Assembly: GCA_032718475.1 (NCBI GenBank) | Contig: JAUCBJ010006002.1 | Span: 49 to 64,048 of the forward strand | Direction: 5' to 3' | DNA from: Nemertoderma westbladi | Lineage: Eukaryota > Animalia > Xenacoelomorpha | Length of the DNA stretch: 64,000 nt | Shown: one piece after another, positions 38,430 through 50,241 of the stretch | How the letters are laid out: every line of letters starts with the position of its first letter | Numbering within the stretch: the first letter of the stretch is position 1 | Position numbers and translations under genes: made by a program | Notes under the pieces: generated by a model | Told to the model about the DNA's origin: nothing | What the model saw: the letters and a program-made list of their open reading frames with translations, nothing else | The model's database searches: none

Positions 38430-39750
38430 TTCTGATTAAGGACATGGTGGGCAGTTGGCGAATTGCCCTCCCATCAGCAGATTATAGTGGCAAAGGTGGA
38501 ATGGGTATATTGATGAATCCAACTGCACATGTAGCATTGGACGAAACAGACCAAATCTCCAACAACCGCATCATCCATCTTTTGCCACTTATCTTGTTCT
38601 GGATGACTGGCTAAGAAGTTTCATAAGGTGGTTCTGATTGTGTTCTACTCTCCAAGTAGAGGAGGTGGAAAATTTCTACCACAATCTCCAAATAGCTACT
38701 GATGGAGTAGTAGATCAGCATGCATTCTTAGCATTCCTGGGAGACTTCAATGCAAGTCGACTGAAACGCAGTTCAAGAAGCAGAACTGGAAAGCTATGGA
38801 CTCATATTGGACACAGTGGTCAAAAGTCCCAGATAGACAATATTCTGTTTCATAGGAAATACAGAAACTCTATACAAGACTGTAATGCATTTACACTTCG
38901 ACCCTTCTCCAGTGATCACCGCGTTATTGTGGTCAAGGTAAGACTTAGTCTGCGCGCTAGCAGAACAACGAAATCTGCCTTGCCACGGCATGACTGGTCC
39001 TCTCTGTTGCAACAGCCAAGTGTGAGATCCAGCTTCACACTACAGCTGAGCATCAGGTTGAAGCTCTTGCCTTAGAGGGGGCAGATCACTGCGAGAGCTA
39101 TATGGCCTTTACAGAAACTGTTAAGTTAGCAGCTGCAGAAACAGTTCCTGTATACCCTCGAAACAGGGAAAAGGCCCCCTGGGCTGACCACAAAATTTGG
39201 AAGTGCCGAAATGACCTCAATAAGGCTAAGAAAGAGTCCCGACTCAAACAGACTACAGCGGCCAAGAATGCAGTTAAAGCTGCATCTAGGTCCCTGAACA
39301 GGCAATACTCTGTTAATCTGCAGGAGCTTATAAACCAAGAGGTTGATGCCATCAATGATGCTGATGACAGCAGGCAATCATCCCAGGCATGGAAATCGAT
39401 CAATTTGCTGACTGGGCCGAAAGGCCAACCAACCACCAAGGTTAAGGCAGAATCACTCGCCGATCACTTTGAAAAGCTCCTCAATAATGACAGGGTTTTG
39501 TCTGAGTCTGTACTCCCAGATATTCCCATTGGCGATATCTTCTTTGCGGAAGTGAAGGCTGCTGCAAAGCGCATTAAGATCAATCGTGCTAGTGGAGTAT
39601 ATGGTAACCCCCAGAGGTCTTTAAAATACCTGAGGGCTGTTTGGGGCTCATTTATCCCATCATAGTTGATACGTACAGAACGACAGGAGTCCCACAAGAA
39701 ATGAAAACAAATAAGCTATTGCTAGTTCCCATGAAGGTCAAATTAACACG
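38430..39750 (+). mobile_element. RTE-like LINE fragment, second copy of the 5670-9920 family
   Basis: ENFYHNLQIATDG, LGDFN, SQIDNIL, PFSSDHR; close match to the reverse complement of 8700-9920 with internal deletions. Confidence 0.88.
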
Positions 39751-41669
39751 AAAAGGTTGTTATGGATAAATCACAGATGCGAGGGATTTACATTCCAGCG
39801 CGATTTTATCAATTGTTAATTATACTCCACTTTGACAAAATAACAGTAGACTTCTCAAAAAGGTTCCCAACGATTACGCTTTGGAGCGTTAGTAGTAATA
39901 TTTAATTCAACTCTTGAATTTGTTGTCTTAAAAACTATTTCATACGTAATATAATCTCAGGCAGTAAAAGCAAAAATAACCTTTGACGTGCAAAAAAATT
40001 ACTTGTTTACGATGTATGCATGTGTACTGTGCAGGCCTAGTATTGTTTATATAATAAATTTTATATATACGTAGCAATTCAAGTTTTCAATTCACTTGCT
40101 TTCACAATGCAATTCAATTCACTGTTTTCTATAGCGAAAGATTGAGAGCGAAAATAACAATTCTGACTTACCCACTAAGAAATCGGTTGGTTAAGGTCAA
40201 ATAATATCTGTTTCAAATTTCATGCAATCTCATTACGATTTGTGTAGAAAAATTGATCTGGGGTAGGGGTTGTGTGTATGTCACAGAATTCTGTCACAGT
40301 ATTCAGCGAAAAGGTGTATCCTATATATGCTGGGGCCTTCGCAAAGTACCAAGTCTAGATGAGTCTTAACGTATAAGTACAATTAGAGGACCGCGTCATT
40401 CCTAACAAATTTCAGATGAAACTGATTGTCTGTTATATAATTTATAGCTACTTCTTGGATTAATACAATTATTCGCCCCCAGGACTAGACAAACAGAGCA
40501 ATTATAGAAGTATGACGTCTGTGCGTAAAACTTCTCAACTTTTGATAAAATACATGTGTACCAAGTTTTGTACCATTTCATCAATGACTGGCCGACTTAT
40601 TATTAAGCCTTCAAACGACGACGACAAAAACGACATTGACGAAGACTACATAATTATACCTATATAACTATATAATTATACATAATTAATATGTCAACTA
40701 ATTCTACCGCTTGTGCAAAGGCTCCCCAAGACCTCATGGCTCTCCCCACATAACGAATTTAATTTCGTTATATATTTAATGCGATGCGCATTTTATCTTA
40801 CATCAATGTGATAAACTTCTAAATGCGCGGCATATTAAAACTTCAATTAATTTAATTTAGATAGACTTCGATTTACAGGATTGAAAGCTCACTCAGTGTT
40901 TTGAGTAGACGTGTTGTTGCCTTTTATAAATCGCTTTATTGTTAAATAAATTTGGCTATTCAGACGTCCATCGCTTTCAGTTATGCATAACCGCTTGAGG
41001 GCAATCCTTACTTTTCTGGACAGGGCCACCATATGCATAAATATATTGTAAGTACTATAGATCTCACTCTATTTGGACTAATTATGATTAAAGATATAGT
41101 CTGTGGATTACTGGTATCGTAAACGCTACCGCTTACTACTATATTTTAATACAACAAAATCGTGTTTGCTGACTTATCTTATTTCGTGTTGAATCACTCG
41201 AAATTGAGGTGGCTATGGAAAAATAATATAAACCAGTATAATTGTGTAAACACTGGATGATTTGATAACAGTAACACATTTTATGAATAGCCGATATCAT
41301 AGTGCAATTTATTGTTACATCAAACACTGGCCGAAATGGGCTGAAACGTTTTGTATAGTTTTCTGGCACCAACTTATAATTCTAATTCGTAAAGGTTGCT
41401 TATCCTATCCTTATTAACATAATAATTTAAGGTATTGGTAAATATTAGCCCGTTCGCTGATATTGATATAGCAATTTTAAAAAGAGGGTTAGAGAGTTAA
41501 TGTCTTTTCAACCTTGAAAGTTAGATTGGAGCCTAACCTGCCGATCTCTTTACTTCATTTATTTTTAAGATTATTTGATTAGTTGACTTGTAAATATCAA
41601 ATTATTCGTAATTTCGATCACTAATTGTTAATATTATTCCTGATTTACTGAGATATAAAAGTTTTAACC

Positions 41670-42146
41670 ATGGAATTATTTGACAAATCGATATTGTTGA
41701 ACATCAAAGAAGTTAAGACGATCCCTTTTTGGCAGGGAGTTTGCGGTGAGATCGTCGGAACATTTACTTTCGTTTTCATTATAATGGCAACGGCAACTAC
41801 CGACTTCATGACCAGTGAAACACTCACCCCGTCACATCTACTCTTCATTGCAGCCTCCATAGGTTTTGGTTTGGCTGTTACTATTCAGATATTTGGACCA
41901 ATTAGCGGCGCCCATCTGAATCCGGCCGTATCATTGGGTTTAGTTCTGTCGAATAGAACGTCTCTCGTTCGCACAGTCCTATACATAGTCGCTCAGCTTA
42001 TAGGAGCCATATTGGCAGCGGTGGTGGCTCTAGGTCTGAAGGGAACAGAAGCTGTTGGAGGAGCATGTAACGCTTTGCAGGCGGGTGTGACCATAGGCAA
42101 CGGTGTTGCCTTCGAAGTACTCGGGACTTTCATTTTGGTTACCACC
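41670..42146 (+). CDS. Aquaporin (MIP family) exon 1
   Basis: [22 protein letters not shown] (NPA1); YIVAQLIGA; FEVLGTFILV; donor ACC|GTGAGT (phase 0). Confidence 0.95.
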
Positions 42147-42463
42147 GTGAGTAGATATATCTACATTATAATTAACAAATTTAATCCATTAATTAAGTCA
42201 TTAATTTATATCTTTATTTATTAAATCATTAAAAATATATATAATATAAAAATTAAATTTAATCATAACTATATTTTAATAGTTTAATATATGTGCGGAA
42301 TCGAGTATTAGTGTGTTTTATTGCTATGGTATTGACAGGTAGTAATAAATTTTATTGATATAGATTCTGAGAATACTAATATGTTTAATTGATTAGATAT
42401 TGGGGAACACTAATATGTTTCAGTAATTAGTTGCTGGCCATCACTATATGTTTTATTGATTAG

Positions 42464-42634
42464 GTATTGGCGAGCACAAACACAAAGAACGCTGCCCCCG
42501 CAGACCCAGCATTCGCGATTGGTACTGCAGTTTTTGTTGCCCATCTAATCGGTATTAAATACACCGGAACTTCGGTTAATCCCGCTAGGAGCTTCGGTCC
42601 TGCACTGGTGTCTGGGACTTGGAAGGACCACTGG
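42464..42634 (+). CDS. Aquaporin exon 2
   Basis: Acceptor ATTAG|; [27 protein letters not shown] (NPA2), HW; donor TGG|GTAAGG. Confidence 0.95.
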
Positions 42635-42949
42635 GTAAGGATAGCAGAATAATTATTTGAGGTGAAATTTTTGAAATTGGTGTTATCTATTTTTTAGTGA
42701 AATTTTGATGTGATTGAAATTGGTAATCTTAAATGATGTAAGTATAGGTTTCATAACAGAAAATTCCCTAATTCAAAGCAACATGTTACAAGATGTGAAC
42801 TATTCCTAAGTAACTGGGTTTCATTTATCCGATTTCGCTTCCTTTTGTTGTATTTAAAATACTTGACGGCTCCCTTTTAATGGCCATTAATAGTTATCAG
42901 AGTCAGAGATAAGGATAACGGACAGTATTGGGTTGGGCTAATGTGAGTT

Positions 42950-44700
42950 AATGACAGGATTCCATCCTAAATCTGATGAATTAAGGGTATGTGCCTGCCA
43001 GTTTATAGACAAATCGCCAAAACTCACTAATTAATTCCGATGACTTTTGAGAGATTATCCGCGCATCTATAAGGCCAAGTGTCCTTTATTAGGCTTCTAA
43101 AGAATATCATGTTCTGCACACTATGGCTGTTCTCTCCATGAGGCCACCAAAGGCATCTTTCCAAATAACATGGCTAAAACCCTTATTCTACCCCAACTGA
43201 AATCAGCAAGCCGTGACATCCATGATAATGGAAGTTACAGAGCGATATCCGTAGCCCCCATTATCACGAAATTATTGTAGTTGATGAAATAAAGAAAATT
43301 AGAACCAATGACCTACAGATGGGTTATAAGTCTGGTTATGGAACAGACAGACGTTCCATACTTAATGGCAAGCAAAATCATCAAACACTTTAATACGCAA
43401 GGCTCAAATGTCTACATGGTGTCGCTTGATCTTACGGCTGCCTTTGACAACTGTGTCATATAAAACTTTATTTGATAAATTAGAAGACACAACATAAACA
43501 AGTCCGTTCTGTTTTCGTTGGTATCATATTATAAGAAGTCGAATGGATATATAGCTATGAATGGACAAATAACTAAAAGTCCAATAAAACTTAAATGTGG
43601 TGTTAGGCAAGGTGGTGTCCTGTCTCCACTAATTTTCAACATCTACCTTTTGGAGTTGTTCGACAAACTAGAAAAATCAGACAATAAAACTGCCTTTCCT
43701 GGAATATCTTAGCTGACAACATTTTATTGCTTGCCAATCTAAAGGGAGATATACAAACATTAGCAATGATATGCGAAGAATATTTTATAAAACATAATCT
43801 ACGTCTGAATCGGAAAAAGACATAGTTTGTCGTGAGCCCGGCAACGCAAAGAGATAAAGCTGACATTAGCCTTGGGAGCAATATTAGTGACAATGTTCAT
43901 CTAAAGGATGGTACCAGACTTACGGGAACCCAATTCTGTACCTTCCTTGGTCTGCCACTGCCAGCTGTCGAATGGAAATTGAAAGACCATTTTATCCAGA
44001 GAATATGCTCTAATGTAAACAAACTATAATCTAGAGGTTTTGGTCCGGACTGTGTGCCTTTCTATGTAAAATCCAGGCTAATCTGGAAGACAGTGTGTAC
44101 ACCATCTGCTCTATACGGCTCAGCAATAATTCTAGCATCAATGATCGGCAATCTGTCAACAGTCTGGCATAAGGCACTACGAGGCATCCTTGGGGTTGGC
44201 AACTACGTGTCTAACCAGTCTCTATATAGCGTCTTTGGAATGATTGAATTTGAGGATATGCAAAGGAGCTCACAACTACGCGCACTACACAACGCCTTTA
44301 ATTGTGACAACAACAAAATATCATATTTATTCTCATATATTTTTACACGCCATCTAGCAGGAGTGGTACATGAACCAATTTTTGACGACTACAGGCTTTC
44401 TTTCTTTCTTTCTTTCTACCTGGGCACGGTATGATGTGAAACAAATATGTAAACTTCCGTACACAATTTGATACCTTATATATATGGTCAATTTTAGATA
44501 AGCCTAATATATCATATTCTCTGAAACACAAATGTATCTACGATTATTTTAGTCGTACTTGGGTGCAGTTGGATCATTAGAATTTTGATGACACCAATGT
44601 CCATCATGCCACATATAATGCATTTAATGCCAATAATAATTTTGATGTGGAAAAAAAATATATAACCATTTTATTTTAATTTAAATCTTAATTTCGTTCT
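42950..44700 (+). mobile_element. Degraded non-LTR retrotransposon RT (Proto2-like) in aquaporin intron 2
   Basis: SYRAISV, QGSNVYMVSLDLTAAFD, GVRQGGVLSPLIFNIY, PSALYG; many stops. Confidence 0.75.
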
Positions 44701-44769
44701 TATACAATAATATGTGTATATTTTAATCATGTACAGTTACAATATTGTTGTCCGACCATTTTAATTAAA

Positions 44770-45420
44770 GCCGCTGGGGCCTTATACCGGATTGAACAAA
44801 AAAAGCACAAGCTCGTGTGGTGTGCGGGCTGATTCTCAAGGAGAAAGCAATGTCCCACAAAGCGGAGGCGGCTCAGTTCAATAGTGAACTTGGGGACTAA
44901 TGAGACCCCTCCAATGCTGTACGTAGATGGTCTTGGTTGATATGTGTGTGCTGTACTTGATACAATGATCGGAATAGCATTCTTGTATGTTCTATCTCAC
45001 GAAATTTAGTGTCTTCAGCCATTGGAGCTCAGTTGTCCTTTCATAAAAGAGTACTGGTTCTTCTGCTGCACTAAATACTCGAACCTTCAAACTCCTTATG
45101 TATTCTGTGCAACTTCTAAATTCTGGACAGCCCAATCAATGCTACCATGCATTCACCTTACGTATTTGAAGGACCTAACTTCTGGATTCACGGTCACAAC
45201 TAGCAGAATTCATCCACATTCTCATGCATACCATACTTTATACTGGTGGTTCATATGATCAGACATTTGCTGAGGGCTGTGATAGTTAACTGACAAAATT
45301 CTGGTTAAATTTGAGTTAACGAAAAGACCCACTAGAAGCAGCCGTTACTCGAAAGCATTCAAGAGCCGTTAGGCCCATTAGTTATTCTGGGAGAACTCCT
45401 AAGATATCATTATCTTAGGT
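44770..45420 (-). mobile_element. Degraded RTE-like LINE 3' fragment
   Basis: Nucleotide similarity to 7580-8140, e.g. AAAGCAATGTCC..AAAGCGGAGGCG. Confidence 0.65.
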
Positions 45421-46038
45421 ATCGATATCTCGATCATTATAGTACACGGCTGGATTTGGTCGGCTTATGGAGTATGGAGTGGTGTCAAGTCAGGACTACT
45501 TGGTTATTCATCCAGGAAACCTGCCAGCATAAAGGTAATGCCAGATAGTGGTAGCGATGACCTTCTTAAAAGGGCATGATCATCGGGTCGTAAAATTAGA
45601 ACTCCCTTGGATTTGAAATAAAAACCCTACGCGGCTGCATGTGTATAATTATTTGCCTGACCAGGCAGACGGATGGTAATCTAAGACCTGGAATCAGTTC
45701 CCCGGTATAAAAAGACAAAGGCGACCAAAGATGTGGATAAGGCAGCAATTAAGGATGTATCAAAGGTCCCTGAACAGACACTACTCTGATAATATACGTA
45801 TGTATTCATGTTAATGTGCTGTGCCCGCATATCCACTGTTTCAGCAGGCACGTATTGGTAATTCATCCTTACGTCCAGATCGGGATTTGTTAGGTTGTGG
45901 GGCATTAGGTCCTGCTGAATTCGGTCTTTGGTCCTTTGCCTAATTAATTAATTACTTAATTCGAGACTTAACTTCTGTTTTATTTTCGTTTATTTTTATT
46001 TTCAAAAATACTTGCCAGTGTATCCTGCTCATTTCGCT

Positions 46039-47118
46039 TAATAGGGTTGGTGCATGCACGAAAAAATTGTTGGGCCTGTAACAATTGAGAAGGAGGTATC
46101 AAGTTGCCCTGAATGGAGTGAAAGACTATGTTTTTTGTAAAAACACGAGGAAACGGTCAAATTGGGGGGTTTTAATAAGCTCGGGAAGCCAATTTTCAAA
46201 ATCGGCTGTGATTGGCTGCTACAGATTTGACGTCACTACAAAATGCTCTGGTAATTTCTTATCTTGGTTTCAATGGAAAGTGATTTTCAATACATTCATT
46301 TACACATTAAATCTCAATCATTTCACATATGGCTTATATCAATTGAAAACTGAGAGTCTTGCGCGTCTTCTGACACTACAATTAATTAAATACATTATGA
46401 ACATTGATAAAATGCTGTTTCCAGCAGTATTTCCAGCAGCAATACTGCATTCAAAGCTGTATTTAGTACGGTAAGGCCTATAGATTAGATATATAATAAC
46501 ACTAAACTTGTAATACCGTTCAGCCGGTACTATAATTACTATAATTATTATTATATAACTACCGGTTCCTCAGAATATTAAAAATGTGTGTACCAATCAC
46601 CGGTAGCATAAGAGCCTTTGGTTTACCCGGCTTACTGAAGTAAGCTGCATTGCTCCGATACTACAATGCAATAGGGTGACAGGGCTGAGTGCTTGCATAC
46701 CGGCCAGGCAATCTGCCGAGTTTACAATTGTGAACAGCATTTCATCAATGTTCCCCATCATAATCTAATTAATTGTAGTGTCAAACGTCGCGCAGGACAC
46801 CCCGCTTTCAATTGATATAAGCCACATATGAAATGATTGAGATTTTAGGTTCATTTGAATGGATTGAAAATCACTTTCCATAGAAACCAAGATAAGAAGT
46901 TACCAGAGCACTTTGTAGTATAATGTCAAATCTGTATCGGCAAATCACAGCCGTTTTTCAAAATTAGCTTCCCGCGCTTACTTAAACCGGCCATTTCGAC
47001 CGTTTCCTCATGTTTTTACAAAAAAACAAAATCAGCCACTCGATTCAGGGCACCTTGTTAACCCTTAATTAATCAATAGTTTCTATCCCAACAATTATTT
47101 CGCGCACCAATCCTATTG
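46039..47118. mobile_element. Unclassified MITE with ~300-bp inverted arms
   Basis: AATAGGGTTGGTGC / GCACCAATCCTATT ends; mirrored AAACACGAGGAAACGGTC and TGCTCTGGTAA..CTTATCTTGGTTTC motifs; no clear TSD. Confidence 0.7.
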
Positions 47119-47240
47119 TGAACAGACCAAATTAAATTTCCCCAGACTTAATGACATGGATATAAAGCGACCAGGTCCTGATGCGCGAGGATATATCACA
47201 TCCTACCCAGGCAATCAGTCTAGCATAAAGTTACTGACTA

Positions 47241-47484
47241 ACCAACACCTAAGGTTAAGGCTGTACCAAAAACTAAGATTAAGGCAGTAACTTAACCAAC
47301 ACCTAAGGTTAAGGCAGAAACTTTACCAACACCTACGGTTAAGGCAGTAACTTTACCAACACCTAAGGTTAAGGCAGTAACTTTACCAACACCTAAGGTT
47401 AAGGCAGTAACTTTACCAACACCTAAGGTTAAGGCAATAACTTTACCAAAACCTAAGATTAAGGCAGTAACTTTACCAACACCT
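47241..47484. repeat. 30-bp minisatellite ACCAACACCTAAGGTTAAGGCAGTAACTTT, about 8 units
   Basis: Direct tandem units ending about 100 bp before aquaporin exon 3. Confidence 0.9.
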
Positions 47485-47583
47485 GTATTATGTATTTTAC
47501 AATAGTACTATAATAATAGTAAATCGTCCGCCCTATAATTGTTATTTACTTTGTATTAATCGTTATTATTTTCTCGTCTTTAG

Positions 47584-47709
47584 ATCTTCTGGATTGGTCC
47601 TATAATCGGTAGTCTTCTCGCTACTGTCATCTACACTTTGGCTGATATACGAGGGAAACCGGAAAGTGATGACGATGATGAGAATAGACATGAACTAACT
47701 CCGATGTAA
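47584..47709 (+). CDS. Aquaporin exon 3 (TM6 + acidic C-tail); not in the ORF track
   Basis: Pyrimidine tract and TTTAG|; IFWIGPIIGSLLATVIY...ESDDDDENRHELTPM*; joins as HW|IFWIGP, the canonical MIP motif. Confidence 0.93.
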   Translation: MFWIGPIIGSLLATVIYTLADIRGKPESDDDDENRHELTPM

Positions 47710-47907
47710 CTCTAGTATATTATTTATATTGGAACTATATTGTCAATGCATTCGCTTAAACGGTGGGCAAAAACGCTACTCCGAGAACCGAAGAAGACTA
47801 AAGATATTATAAAAAAGTATTAAAAAACATTCATTTTGTGTTATTGACTATCGTTTATTTGCTTTGGTTAGAATAGCCGGCCAATGTATCCTTATAATTT
47901 CCCTTAA

Positions 47908-48844
47908 CGCTATTAGCACTAGGTATGTGTTGAATTTATCATAGAACACTACTAAACACTAAAACTGTTTTTGCAAATCATAAATGTTAATTTTCATGAA
48001 AAGTAACAGATTTTCCTCAACCAAATATAAAATTTTGGAAATTTTCCAGGAAGCCTTATATGACTATATATTGGGACTGCTATTTTTAAAACTAGAAATT
48101 TTAGGGCGAGGCAAACACATTACAATTTTAAATTTTGCTGTATAATGTTTTGTTTATAAAAATTCTGGGATGCTGAATCGAATGGCAGAAAGTTCAACGA
48201 ATATAAAATTACCGATATGTTTTCATAAGGGTATTATTGTGGGACGCTAAATCGAATTGGAATACTTATTGAAAACTGTAACATGACTATGTTTTATTGC
48301 CCTGCTATGCTTTTATACGATACGGGGTTATGGAAAACCCCGACAGCGGGGAAAAGTAAATATTTCTGACACTTTTAGTAACAATTTTAGTAACAAAATT
48401 AAATTTAGTGGCGGCCATGGCAGCAATTTTGGTAGTTATTATTCTTATTTTGGGTGAATAAGTGGTTTTATATTATTTCGTTGTCAAATTTATAAAATTA
48501 GTCAATGATATCCAGGTGGGATCCCACGTCTTTTCCTAATTAGCGAAGCTCTGATTAACAAAAAGTACACCAATTTTGGTGACATTTTTGGTGAACCAAT
48601 AATCCCACATAACATCCTCATTTCCAAACTGTTATTGAAATCAAAAAATTTTAAATTTTTGTGACATGCACCAAATTTTCGGGTACCACCTTGCGAAAAA
48701 AGTACAAACACGAGAATGGAGCCGTTTCTCCAAAACGTTGCTCGATAAATTTTAGGAATACTCAAAATCTTCAAATTCCTTTCATAGTAACACGTAACTC
48801 TTGGGGGCAGAAACGCCACACCAACAGTAGTGCCAATAATAGGG
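47908..48844. mobile_element. Diverged piggyBac-type non-autonomous element (second family)
   Basis: TTAA at 47904-47907 and 48845-48848; ends CGCTATTAGCACTA / TAGTGCCAATAATAGGG. Confidence 0.55.
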
Positions 48845-49976
48845 TTAACGTTAACACATTTTGTCGGCTGCGCTGGGGTTGTCAGTTGTCATGGCGTTTA
48901 CACTCACCCCTCTTTTGCAGGGGATTTAACTGGATCATTTTCACGCTAAAGGTTTACGGTAACTGAAAGCAAAATATTTTATAATTCACTGGAAATGACG
49001 CTTTGCTGCTGCAAATCAAGCATTTTCAATCTCCGTTACAGCTCCGAGAAATTACAACCCAGCAGTTTGTGAGCTTTGATGTTAGTTGGCTTAGTTGGCA
49101 TGTTAGTTGGCAGCTTTAGTGAAATTATATTAAGTATTTTTTTCAAAGATATCGACAGGATATTCAAAATAAAATAATAGATGTTCATAGCGAATCCTGG
49201 ATGACTCCGGCTAATACCAAAATAAATTGGACCGGACCAAAGCTGGTAAATTTCACTTCGATTAAAACCGGTCTGGGACTACTTGATCGTCTCAAACTGC
49301 AGCTGCACTGTACAAAGCAGCTATTTATGCAATAACTGCCATTCAAAGGCGAGATGTTGATTCAAAGGATATCTCAGAAATGTTCAGACTGATGGCTAGA
49401 CTGATGCTGATGGCTACTCCCTTCCAATAAAGGTGTTTACAGCGGATGTCGATGTAATTAAATGATTGTGTAAATATCAGGTTGGAACCATTATACCTTA
49501 TTTCGTCACTCGCCGCTTCCACCTGGCGTGATTTTCACGACCTTATCATGATCAATGATCTTATCATAGTCTTCTTGGAACTTTTATTATGTTGTTTTGG
49601 AGTTAACATGATCCAGCTAATAATTTTTAAAATACTTTATTGAATCGCCTTGTCTTAAAGGGATCTTCTGTTGAACTTTTCCATTAAAGCTGTAGAAATC
49701 TTCAGAATTGTTAGAATTGTAGAGCTATTCAGCTTGTAGATATAATGAAATGCTTCTAGATGCAAAAAATAGCAGAAAACTGCCCCAGTGAAATCCACGC
49801 TAATTATACTGTAGCATAATTAAATATCGTTGTATTGCTTTATTGTGTTATTAGTATTATATTTATATGGGATAGATTTAAATACATCGTCTTAGATCCC
49901 CCATGATACACCCATTCGTTCCTTACAATACCAATACTGTTCAATATCACCCATGCCAATTCCCAATTCATACATT

Positions 49977-50220
49977 GGAAACTGGACGCAATAAAAATTC
50001 ATCCCTCTCCATGGGATATTGGACGCAAATATCAGCTGATTATTCTCATAAATAAAACTGTAACCTTTCTATTGTGTTTAGTTTATTGTTTTGGTTAAAA
50101 TAACGTGCCACTGTAACCTGCTCCTTTCCCTAAATTGAGAATTTAACATTAATTTTAAAATTAATTAGCCAAAGCAGGTTTTGCGTCCAGTTCCCCCCCC
50201 CCCCCCCCCCCCCCCTGACT
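49977..50220. mobile_element. Short MITE, copy 2
   Basis: GGAAACTGGACGCA / TGCGTCCAGTTCC ends; core matches 2400-2570. Confidence 0.65.
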
Positions 50221-50241
50221 CTAAAACTGGGGTTTAGAAAA

